DNA of 64,000 nucleotides from a virus: IMG/VR virus record IMGVR_UViG_3300047548_001136, positions 1 to 64,000 of that record; one strand, 5' to 3'. Shown piece by piece: positions 9,881 to 18,019 of this stretch (position 1 is its first letter; each line of letters starts with the position of its first letter). The notes under the pieces were generated by a model. It saw only the letters and a program-made list of their open reading frames with translations, ran no database searches and was not told where the DNA came from. The position numbers and the translations under genes were made by a program.

Positions 9881-10365
9881 TGTTAGTTACAAGTAGTAAA
9901 ACAAATCAATTAAGGTTTGTTAGCACTTTAACAAAAAAATACAAACTAGATAACGAGCAATCAACGTTACTAAACGATGTTGTCACAATATTGCCAGTTT
10001 GTAGAAACAATTACAATCATTATGGAATTGATATGATTGAAAACTTTTTTGTTTATCCAATACTACTAAAGCAATATATTGATATATACGAAAACAATGA
10101 GCTAAAAGCTTTTATAACGTATGCTATGTTAGATAAAAATGCAGAAAGAACATGGTTAACTAATAGTAAAAATATTCCTTTTCAAGATTGGAATTCAGGC
10201 GACAGTATTTGGATAATTGATGCACTTAGTCCTTGGGGGCATGGCAGAGCCGTAACAACAAAGCTAGAAGAACATCTATCTAAACTAGGCCATAAAGGTA
10301 AAATTATACGCTATAAACGTAATTACCCTAACGGAAAAACAAGATTTAATCAAAGCATCATATAG
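9877..10365 (+). CDS. RTX toxin-activating lysine-acyltransferase (HlyC/TAAT family) homolog
   Basis: PILLKQY...AFITYAML...E..WL...QDWNSGDSIWIIDALSPWGHG aligns by eye with the HlyC motif EDWTSGDRKWFIDWIAPFG. Confidence 0.8.
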   Translation: MMLVTSSKTNQLRFVSTLTKKYKLDNEQSTLLNDVVTILPVCRNNYNHYGIDMIENFFVYPILLKQYIDIYENNELKAFITYAMLDKNAERTWLTNSKNIPFQDWNSGDSIWIIDALSPWGHGRAVTTKLEEHLSKLGHKGKIIRYKRNYPNGKTRFNQSII

Positions 10366-10405
10366 TAAAAATTGCTAAATACGTAATCGAGAGGTATTTT
10401 TAGCA

Positions 10406-10972
10406 ATGAAAAGCTTTACTGAGTTTTTAACAGAGTCAACCAAACAATACAATTTCCGCATTAAAGTAGCAGGTACTTTAAGCGATGAGCAAGTTGATAG
10501 ACTTGAATCAGCTATGGAAAAGTGGGGCTTACAGAGCATTAATAAGCCAAAAGTAACACCAATCCAAAAGCATCCAGTAGATTTTGCTAACTTAAAAGAA
10601 ATTGAAGTTAGTATCATGGATATGACATTAGATTATCCTGCAACACCCCAAGAAATTATTGCTAGAATGTCAGAATACTGCACTGTAAACCCAGAATACA
10701 TAAAAGTATTCAACAGTGATGATCCAAATGTAGCTGAAATGGAAGCAAAAGCTGAAGAAGCAGAAGAAGAATATGAAGTACAACTAACTGCTCCATATCC
10801 AAAAAGTGAAAAAAATCTTCCAGCAGGGGATAAGTTTACACAAAAGTTCTTAAAAGATCAGAAACGTAAACCTGCATTTAAGATTGCTGGTGGAAATGCA
10901 TCAAAATCTCAGTCAACCAACGATCTACCACAGGGAACAACTAGCCCAATTAGCGGTCGCAAAGGAAAATAA
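10406..10972 (+). CDS. putative capsid-internal/virion protein
   Basis: TAAATA at 10376 and GAGGT SD; N-terminus MKSFTEFLTES resembles a T4 capsid-targeting sequence. Confidence 0.65.
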   Translation: MKSFTEFLTESTKQYNFRIKVAGTLSDEQVDRLESAMEKWGLQSINKPKVTPIQKHPVDFANLKEIEVSIMDMTLDYPATPQEIIARMSEYCTVNPEYIKVFNSDDPNVAEMEAKAEEAEEEYEVQLTAPYPKSEKNLPAGDKFTQKFLKDQKRKPAFKIAGGNASKSQSTNDLPQGTTSPISGRKGK

Positions 10973-10975
10973 TCA

Positions 10976-12301
10976 ATGAAAATTAACTCGCAAATAATGG
11001 GGTTTGGTGTTGGTACTAAAGTGTTAATGGCCGACGGAAAAGAAAAGGCAATTGAAAATATTCAATCAGGTGACGTTGTTTTAAGTTTTGACCAGTTTGA
11101 TGCTTTTGGAAAGTTAGAACCAAAGAAAGTATTAAACACTTTTATGCACGTTGATAGAAACTTACTAAAAGTAAACGTTAAAGATTCAGATGTTGAATTA
11201 GTTGTAGCCCTTGGTCAGCTTTTCATTAACTCTAAATCAGAGTGGGAAGAAGCTGTAGACACTAACGAATTAATTGATGAAGAAGGCAACGTTTTAGCTT
11301 TTGAAGTCAAACAAATTACTAGAGGTAAGCATCAAGTATTCGACATTGTTGTAGAAGATAACCACAGCTTGGTTGCTAATGGTATTAGAGTACACAATAA
11401 AAAAGCAAAGAAAAAAGCTGGTGCTACTAAAAAAGTAACGACAGATGATTACGATGATAATCAAACATATAATTTAGGTGCGTCAAAGAAAAAGAAAGTT
11501 ATTAAAAACTACAAACCAGAACCAAAAGTTGATTATATTGTAACAGCAGTTAATACTGTTGAAAGTATTGATACAATGATGGATTTCTTAAAGGAAATCG
11601 TTGATGAATCTACTCCGTTACAATTGACACAAATTAAGTTAACAATACAAACAAGTATCGATAGCATCTACAATTATACACAGCAGGTAATTACTGCGAT
11701 TAATTATTCTTCTATTTCAAGTTACGATAAAGGTGACGTACTTGGTTCAATGGCAGATATTAATTCCTTTGCTATATCACTTAGAAAACCATTTGAAGAA
11801 ACAGTTGTTAGTGCAGCAGGAAAAACTGTTGCAGCCTCATTAATTGAATTAATTGGCGCAAGTGTTTTAAAAGTAAACAGAACATTGTCCTTGTACACAG
11901 TAGATTCAAAAGAAAAAGACGCAACTAAAACTAAGGCTAAAAAGAAGAAGTTTACAGCTTCTAGAGCACAAGACGGTAAATATAAAAACACAAATCCAAA
12001 TCAACCAAGCCGTGAAGGTGGCGCTAGAAATGATTTTGGCAGTGATAAAGGTCGCGGCGGCGGCGGCAAGAATAATAGCAGTGGGCCAGCTGGTCCATCA
12101 AAGTCATCTTCTAAGACAGGCAGCGCAGGATCAAGCACAAGAAGCACAGGTGGTAGCGGAAATAAATCTACTGGCGGCGGCCTAAAAGATGCATCAGGAA
12201 GTGCAGCAGGAAGAAACAGCGGTAGCATTGGCGGCGGCAGCTACTCTGGCGGAGTTTCTGGTAGCAATCCTAAAGGCGATAAGAATACTGGAAAGCTATA
12301 A
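10976..12301 (+). CDS. Hint-domain autoprocessing protein 1 (N-terminal Hint ending at HN141; helical, Gly/Ser/Lys-rich payload)
   Basis: GFGVGTKVLMADG.EK.IENI..GD.V (block A) and VFDIVVEDNHSLVANGIRVHN (blocks F/G). Confidence 0.85.
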   Translation: MKINSQIMGFGVGTKVLMADGKEKAIENIQSGDVVLSFDQFDAFGKLEPKKVLNTFMHVDRNLLKVNVKDSDVELVVALGQLFINSKSEWEEAVDTNELIDEEGNVLAFEVKQITRGKHQVFDIVVEDNHSLVANGIRVHNKKAKKKAGATKKVTTDDYDDNQTYNLGASKKKKVIKNYKPEPKVDYIVTAVNTVESIDTMMDFLKEIVDESTPLQLTQIKLTIQTSIDSIYNYTQQVITAINYSSISSYDKGDVLGSMADINSFAISLRKPFEETVVSAAGKTVAASLIELIGASVLKVNRTLSLYTVDSKEKDATKTKAKKKKFTASRAQDGKYKNTNPNQPSREGGARNDFGSDKGRGGGGKNNSSGPAGPSKSSSKTGSAGSSTRSTGGSGNKSTGGGLKDASGSAAGRNSGSIGGGSYSGGVSGSNPKGDKNTGKL

Positions 12302-12471
12302 TGGGCATAGAAATTATAAATATTAAACGTAAGCCTAGTTCAGGGGGCGGAAAAGCTAATGGCACAAGCGGTGCTAAAGTTAATCCGCATACTGTAAAGG
12401 CTCAAGATTTGAGAGTACACAAACCCATAGTAGGCCAAGGTGGTCTAAGTATGGTATTAAAAATGAAGTAA
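12301..12471 (+). CDS. 56-aa peptide with Hint C-terminal-like motif, absent from ORF track
   Basis: TAATG stop/start overlap with the upstream gene; fills the gap up to the next SD; MGIEIINIKRK...HTVKAQDLRVHK... Confidence 0.65.
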   Translation: MGIEIINIKRKPSSGGGKANGTSGAKVNPHTVKAQDLRVHKPIVGQGGLSMVLKMK

Positions 12472-12481
12472 GGGGAAACAA

Positions 12482-13816
12482 ATGTTACACAACGCACAAG
12501 TGGTAGGCTTCGCAGAAGGCACACCAGTATTAATGGCAGACGGCAAGTGGAAGCCAATCGAGGAAGTTAAGCAAGGCGACTGGGTAATGAGCTTCAATCC
12601 AGCTATTGAGAATAGCGAACTTGAGCCACGTAAGGTTGTTAACACATTCTCTACATTGCACAGGGATTGCATTGAAATACATGCTAACGGCAAAGTAACT
12701 ATTGTTGCAAAAGATCAGTTGTTCTTTACCCCTGGAGCGAATTGGTCTGCTGGATATGATACAAAGCAAGTTATGAACTTTGCTGGTGATCGCCAAGAAA
12801 TTCAAGTTCGTCGTGTCCGCGGCGGAAAGTTTAAAGTATTTGATATTACTGTTGATGAAACACATGCTCTTGTTGCTAACGATTTGCGTGTACACAACGG
12901 CGGTAGCAGTAACAACAAGAAAAAGAAAGTAATTGTACAAGCTCCTCAACCAGTTGTAACTGCTGGCAAACCGGGCAAACCAGTTAGTGTTACTACAACA
13001 TATAATGGCAACACAACTACAGTAGTTGTAAATCCAAGCCCAGGTAGCTCAGGTCAGATTTCAGTTGGTGCTAGTGGTACAATTGGTGTTCGTCAAACAG
13101 GTGTTCCTGGACTTCCAGTAAGTGACGGCACTTATTATCAACCAATTGCAGTTCTCCCATATCCAGGCGGCAGCTATGTGCGTGATCGCGCTCTTAATGC
13201 AGAAATTATACGTAGCAGCGTTTGTGGAAATATGTTAAACAGAGGAACTAATCATAAAGCTACTTCGAGTGAAGTTTCTTCTTGGAAGAGCGAACTTAAT
13301 AGTTTGATTAGCGAATTAGAAAGCATGAAGAATGTAAACATTCATGGCGGACCAACAAGAATTGCAATGTCTGTTGACCCAACTCTTATCAACGATGCAA
13401 TTTCAAATGCAAGAAGCTTAAGTAATTCACTAAAGGCAGGACGCAAGTTAACAATTGGTTTAATCCGTCAAAATTGCGATAAACTTGCTAACATCATTGG
13501 CAGAATTCAATCAAGTGTTCCATCAGATTCAGTTGTGTTAGTTCCACAACCTATTCCAATGCCACTTCCTCCTCGTCCAATTGCTCCTCCGGTAGTAGTA
13601 TGTCCAAACCCATCATCTTACTACAGTGAAAGAATATATGAGGGACAAGCAAACTACGAATACATGACTGCTCTTGATAATTGTCAGTATGTATTTGATC
13701 CACCAAATGCTCCTGCTAACACAAGTGTTAGATACTTTAGACACTTTGATCCAAACTCAGGAAGATATTATTATGATCGCATTAACAGCAGAGCTGTTTG
13801 TGCAGGACAACTCTAA
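12482..13816 (+). CDS. Hint-domain autoprocessing protein 2 (N-terminal Hint ending at HN139; Pro/Cys-containing payload)
   Basis: GFAEGTPVLMADG.WKPIEEV..GD.V and VFDITVDETHALVANDLRVHN. Confidence 0.85.
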   Translation: MLHNAQVVGFAEGTPVLMADGKWKPIEEVKQGDWVMSFNPAIENSELEPRKVVNTFSTLHRDCIEIHANGKVTIVAKDQLFFTPGANWSAGYDTKQVMNFAGDRQEIQVRRVRGGKFKVFDITVDETHALVANDLRVHNGGSSNNKKKKVIVQAPQPVVTAGKPGKPVSVTTTYNGNTTTVVVNPSPGSSGQISVGASGTIGVRQTGVPGLPVSDGTYYQPIAVLPYPGGSYVRDRALNAEIIRSSVCGNMLNRGTNHKATSSEVSSWKSELNSLISELESMKNVNIHGGPTRIAMSVDPTLINDAISNARSLSNSLKAGRKLTIGLIRQNCDKLANIIGRIQSSVPSDSVVLVPQPIPMPLPPRPIAPPVVVCPNPSSYYSERIYEGQANYEYMTALDNCQYVFDPPNAPANTSVRYFRHFDPNSGRYYYDRINSRAVCAGQL

Positions 13817-13828
13817 GGAAATTTTTAA

Positions 13829-14311
13829 ATGGATATGAAATCATTACTAGAAAAAATGAGTCAACTTTCACAAGTTGATGAAGCAAAACCAGACTTTCTT
13901 GATTTAGATAAGGACGGCGATAAAAAAGAACCTATGTCAAAAGCCGCTAAAGAAAAAGACGATGACAAGGAAGAAGATAAAGAAAAGGTAGACGAAGCAA
14001 TTGCTATTCAAGCTGATGGTCAAGAAGCAATGGCACTACTTGATATGCTTAAGTTAGCTGGTCAACCTGCACCACAACAAGGTCCAGAAATAATGACTAG
14101 TGGATGCGGAATGACAGAAGCAGACAGAGATCCAGCATATGCTAATACTCCCGATGAAGAAGTGGCAGATATGGATGCTGCAACACCATCAGGTAATGAC
14201 ATGCATCGTGAAAAAGATGGATGGCGTGCTGCTGCCGGCGCAGATAACCCAATGGTTGCTGCAATGGAAGGCAAGCTTCGCAAAATGTTTGAATCGATGT
14301 CAAAGGAATAA
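13829..14311 (+). CDS. acidic putative head-internal protein
   Basis: AAGGA SD; DEAKPDFLDLDKDGDKKEPM module; MLKLAG motif. Confidence 0.7.
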   Translation: MDMKSLLEKMSQLSQVDEAKPDFLDLDKDGDKKEPMSKAAKEKDDDKEEDKEKVDEAIAIQADGQEAMALLDMLKLAGQPAPQQGPEIMTSGCGMTEADRDPAYANTPDEEVADMDAATPSGNDMHREKDGWRAAAGADNPMVAAMEGKLRKMFESMSKE

Positions 14312-14316
14312 TTTCA

Positions 14317-15891
14317 ATGAGTCTTAAAAAGTACTTAACTGAGGCTGAATTAGCTTCTATTCAGCCAGTAACAGGTGATGAGTTTGATATTAGCATAAGA
14401 GATTTAACTAATATTGAAACATTTGTTATTGAACACACTGAAGGTAGTATTACAATTGCACTAGATGAGAAAGCAATACAGATGCTTGAAGATTGCGGTT
14501 GTACTTTTGAAGATGATCAAATAGATGAACTTGCACCAGTTATTGGTGCAGTAGGTGGAGCGTTAGCAAGAGGCGCAGGTGCATTAGCACGTGGTGCATC
14601 TAAAGCAGTTGTTGGTACAGGACTCAAAGCAGCAGCAAATAAGTTAGATAAAAAATTGTTTGGGCCAAGTTCAACTGAAGGTGATTATGAAGAATCTATC
14701 GAAGAAGATAGTCTTCAAGTGGGCGACATTGTTCGTATTAACTATCCAACATCACACGAAAACGATTTAGGTGAAGTAGTTGAACTTGCTCCAAGCGGCA
14801 ATTTTGCTTATGTACAATTTAAAAATGATGATATTCAAAGTTACGATGTAAGCAACTTAATAAAAGCATCTGAACAAGAAAAGGATGCATACTATTATGG
14901 AGAAGAAGATTACGAAGAAAGCATTAATGATATTCGTCGTTTATCAGGAATGCCAACTAAAGAACCAGTAAAAGAACAAAATTACGATACTTCACCTGGT
15001 AGCCCATATGATCGCGGTGCTGCTGATGCTTATTACGGTAGAAAATCTCGCCCACATAAAATTGCTCCATACACTGGTCCAGATGCAGTAAAAGGACAAA
15101 TGCAATTACTGCCTTTAACTGATCCAGCGGAAATTGCTGCATACGAAGCAGGGTATCGTGAAGCAGAGTTTGGTGAAAAAGATTATGGTGAATCAGCGAT
15201 ACCAGAAGGTATTGAAAACTGGAAAATGGGTATTACATCAATTCCACGTACTGAGCCATTTAAGCTAAAGAAAATTGTTGTTACATCAAAGTATGGCAAG
15301 ACTTATACATTTGATACAGAAGAAGATGCAAAGCGTCACTTTGGTAGCAATTGGGATTCAAAGATCAACAACCCCAAATGGCGTGCGGCTAATGGCTGGA
15401 AGCTTGATATGAACAATACTAAATCAGAAAAAGGTTTAGATGAATCGAAAATTACAAAAGAAAGTGCAGAACTTGTTGCACAGTTAATTATTGAAAACAA
15501 GTTAGCTGATTTCCTTCCGCCATTTACTGCTAACGGATTATGGGTAAGCGACCGCAGAGGTAATAGTGTTCTTGAAGTAACACGACATGGTGCAGTTGCA
15601 CAGGAAGTTGCTAATGCACTTAACAAGTATGTTACGGAATCAATCAACGAAGCAGAGTATCGCGGTCGTAAAGTGCCGCTTGGTAAACCAATGCAAGGTG
15701 ATGTTAAGAAGTTTAAAGTTTACGTAAAAGATCCAAAGACTGGAAACGTAAAGAAAGTGAACTTTGGCGATCCTAACATGCGTATTAAGAAGAGCAATCC
15801 AGAACGCCGCAAGAGTTTCCGCGCCCGTCATAATTGCGATAACCCAGGTCCACGCACAAAAGCTCGTTACTGGTCTTGCAGAAAGTGGTAA
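14317..15891 (+). CDS. modular putative head-internal (poly)protein
   Basis: MSLKKYLTEAE N-terminus; distinct modules separated by Glu-rich sites; basic C-terminal domain KKFKVYVKDPK...FRARHNC...YWSCRKW. Confidence 0.75.
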   Translation: MSLKKYLTEAELASIQPVTGDEFDISIRDLTNIETFVIEHTEGSITIALDEKAIQMLEDCGCTFEDDQIDELAPVIGAVGGALARGAGALARGASKAVVGTGLKAAANKLDKKLFGPSSTEGDYEESIEEDSLQVGDIVRINYPTSHENDLGEVVELAPSGNFAYVQFKNDDIQSYDVSNLIKASEQEKDAYYYGEEDYEESINDIRRLSGMPTKEPVKEQNYDTSPGSPYDRGAADAYYGRKSRPHKIAPYTGPDAVKGQMQLLPLTDPAEIAAYEAGYREAEFGEKDYGESAIPEGIENWKMGITSIPRTEPFKLKKIVVTSKYGKTYTFDTEEDAKRHFGSNWDSKINNPKWRAANGWKLDMNNTKSEKGLDESKITKESAELVAQLIIENKLADFLPPFTANGLWVSDRRGNSVLEVTRHGAVAQEVANALNKYVTESINEAEYRGRKVPLGKPMQGDVKKFKVYVKDPKTGNVKKVNFGDPNMRIKKSNPERRKSFRARHNCDNPGPRTKARYWSCRKW

Positions 15892-15892
15892 A

Positions 15893-16249
15893 GTGAGAGC
15901 AAAAGAATTTATAGGTGAACAAAAGTTATCAGGTGAAGAGAATTATACTTTGCCTGCAACACATGTATTGCCTAATTTACCAAATCAAGATCCATATTTA
16001 CAGTATCGTATGGGGCTAGTTTTGGCTAGCTCAGGACCAGATCAAACATTAGCAGAGCCTGAAAGTCCTTGGGGTGAAAATATGGTAGTTACTGCTTATA
16101 GTTCTGGAGAAGAAGAAATTTTAAAAACAGCTTTAAAAGTAACAAGTCAACCATCTTCGATGATTACTACTGCTAAAAGTGAAGAACCTAAAAATATTAA
16201 CAAACAAAGCCCGGTTCTTAAAAAGAAAAAGAATAGGTATGGGGTATGA
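15893..16249 (+). CDS. small putative head protein, paralog A (GTG start)
   Basis: MRAKEFIGE...SPVLKKKKNRYGV; paralogous to the next gene; start moved from 15764. Confidence 0.75.
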   Translation: MRAKEFIGEQKLSGEENYTLPATHVLPNLPNQDPYLQYRMGLVLASSGPDQTLAEPESPWGENMVVTAYSSGEEEILKTALKVTSQPSSMITTAKSEEPKNINKQSPVLKKKKNRYGV

Positions 16250-16596
16250 GAGCTAAGGAATTCTTAAATGAAGCTAACGGTGAGATGCATCCATACACTG
16301 AAAAGCAGGTAGCTAATATTATGGTTATGCCTGAACTAGATCAATTTTATGAGTTTTACAGATTTATGACTGCTGTTGCAATGGCACCAGATCATGATCC
16401 TACTACTGAAACTGATTTAGCAAATATGCCTGCTGCTTATGCTTATACAAAAGCAGATGAAGAAAAATTAAAGCACGGATTAAAAATTTTAGGCAAAAAA
16501 GGCAAATGGATGACAAGCGGAGAAGCGAGCGAACCTAAAGATACAAGTGTTTCAAGTCCGGTTGCTAAAGCAAAAAAGAACAAGTACGGAGTCTAA
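16246..16596 (+). CDS. small putative head protein, paralog B
   Basis: MRAKEFLNE...SPVAKAKKNKYGV; ATGA overlap. Confidence 0.8.
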   Translation: MRAKEFLNEANGEMHPYTEKQVANIMVMPELDQFYEFYRFMTAVAMAPDHDPTTETDLANMPAAYAYTKADEEKLKHGLKILGKKGKWMTSGEASEPKDTSVSSPVAKAKKNKYGV

Positions 16597-16600
16597 CACC

Positions 16601-17356
16601 GTGCTTATTGAAGAAATTACATTACAAGAAGATGTAGCTGAAACTAAAGATTTAATGGCTGTTGCCAACTACGTTAGTCGTTGGATGTTAAGTAGAAAAA
16701 ATATAGAGACATTTGACGGGTTTGATATGACACTAGAACGTATAGCATATCACATGGGTAAACCTATTCCTCCTATTCAAACAAAATCTGTTAAATTTTT
16801 ATTGTTTAAAGCCATACCAAATTATTCAGATGAACCATTGCGTTTTGTATCAAATGACAGAGAGATGACAGGCGAAAGAGAATTTGGGGCTTACTCCCCT
16901 GTTCCTTATCATATTATTAATATAAACACAAAGTTATTATTACAAAAAAAGAAAAATCCAGCAAGTACTATATTACATGAGCTACAACATGCTCTCGATG
17001 ATTTAAAAAGTGGCGGAAGAGCATTACTGGCAGTTCCTTACAAACAGCCAAAAGATGATTATCAAGCATATTTGAAACACCCAATGGAAGTTAATGCGAG
17101 ATTTAGTCAAGCACTTTGGGATTTAGCAAGCAACTATGATAGAGTTGCACGTAGCGATGTATACAGTGCAATTGCAAATAACTTACAGCAACATAGATTA
17201 CGTTCAGAAGATTTTGAAAATCCAAAAGAATATAAGCGATTGATAACTCGTGCTTACAAGTTTTTAGCTGATGTAAGTCAAATAATTGATAAAAAAGAAA
17301 AACCTGGTTTTGTACAAACTGTAAAGAACTTAATTAAAAAGTATTTGGTAAGGTAA
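16601..17356 (+). CDS. zincin-like metallopeptidase-domain protein
   Basis: HELQH (HExxH) plus downstream Y..HP.EVNAR; probable GTG start at 16601. Confidence 0.7.
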   Translation: MLIEEITLQEDVAETKDLMAVANYVSRWMLSRKNIETFDGFDMTLERIAYHMGKPIPPIQTKSVKFLLFKAIPNYSDEPLRFVSNDREMTGEREFGAYSPVPYHIININTKLLLQKKKNPASTILHELQHALDDLKSGGRALLAVPYKQPKDDYQAYLKHPMEVNARFSQALWDLASNYDRVARSDVYSAIANNLQQHRLRSEDFENPKEYKRLITRAYKFLADVSQIIDKKEKPGFVQTVKNLIKKYLVR

Positions 17357-17361
17357 ACGCT

Positions 17362-17826
17362 ATGAAAGTTAATGAAGTTGTAAATGAATCACAGCAATTA
17401 AACGAATGGGCGTTTTTGCTTCCAGCAATAGCTACAGCAGTTAGAATAGGTGCACCTGCACTTGGTAGATTTTTGTTTGGTCAAGCTGCAAAGCAGACAG
17501 CAAAACAAGCTGTAAAGCAAGCACCAAAGATTATTGGTAAAGCAGTTGGTAAAACTGCTGTTGGAATAGGTAAAGTTCTATTAAAGCATCCGGGTGCAGC
17601 AATTGCAACAGGTGGCAGCTACTACGTATATAAATCAGTTGATGAAGCAATAACAGCAATTACAGAAATGGTAGGTAATACATTAGATCCAGTTACTATT
17701 AAAGCATTCGCTTTAGTTGTAATGAAGTATTCTATTCCAGTTGCTGGAGTAATTGCTATATTGTACGGTGGTAAAAAGCTTTACGATTACATGAATCAAA
17801 CAGAACAACCAGCAGCAAATGGATGA
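17362..17826 (+). CDS. putative membrane-active virion protein
   Basis: MKVNEVVNES..LNEW then amphipathic and hydrophobic helices. Confidence 0.7.
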   Translation: MKVNEVVNESQQLNEWAFLLPAIATAVRIGAPALGRFLFGQAAKQTAKQAVKQAPKIIGKAVGKTAVGIGKVLLKHPGAAIATGGSYYVYKSVDEAITAITEMVGNTLDPVTIKAFALVVMKYSIPVAGVIAILYGGKKLYDYMNQTEQPAANG

Positions 17827-18019
17827 ATTAGATAGAATGAAGTTGCTTGCTGGTATAGGTAATAAACCTAACTGGACAGCTTATGAAGGCATTAACGTTT
17901 CAATTACGGGAACAGAAAAAGCCCAGCTGCAACGTGAAAATAACATACAGACAGGCTCTCAAGAGTGGTTTAAATTGTGGTTTAGTAGGCCATACTTAAC
18001 CGGCGAGAAACCAATTTAA
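17819..18019 (+). CDS. small hypothetical protein
   Basis: MDELDRMKLLAGI...EWFKLWFSRPYLTGEKP; overlap-coupled. Confidence 0.7.
   Translation: MDELDRMKLLAGIGNKPNWTAYEGINVSITGTEKAQLQRENNIQTGSQEWFKLWFSRPYLTGEKPI

Noticed and set aside
12001-12298. Gly/Ser-rich GGC-rich tract as a DNA repeat element
   Set aside because: Low-complexity protein tail without a regular nucleotide repeat unit.
10976-13816. True protein-splicing inteins (class 1 or class 3)
   Set aside because: No Cys/Ser1, no block-B TxxH, no block-F Cys, +1 residue is Lys/Gly, and the N-extein is only about 8 aa; only C-terminal cleavage is plausible.
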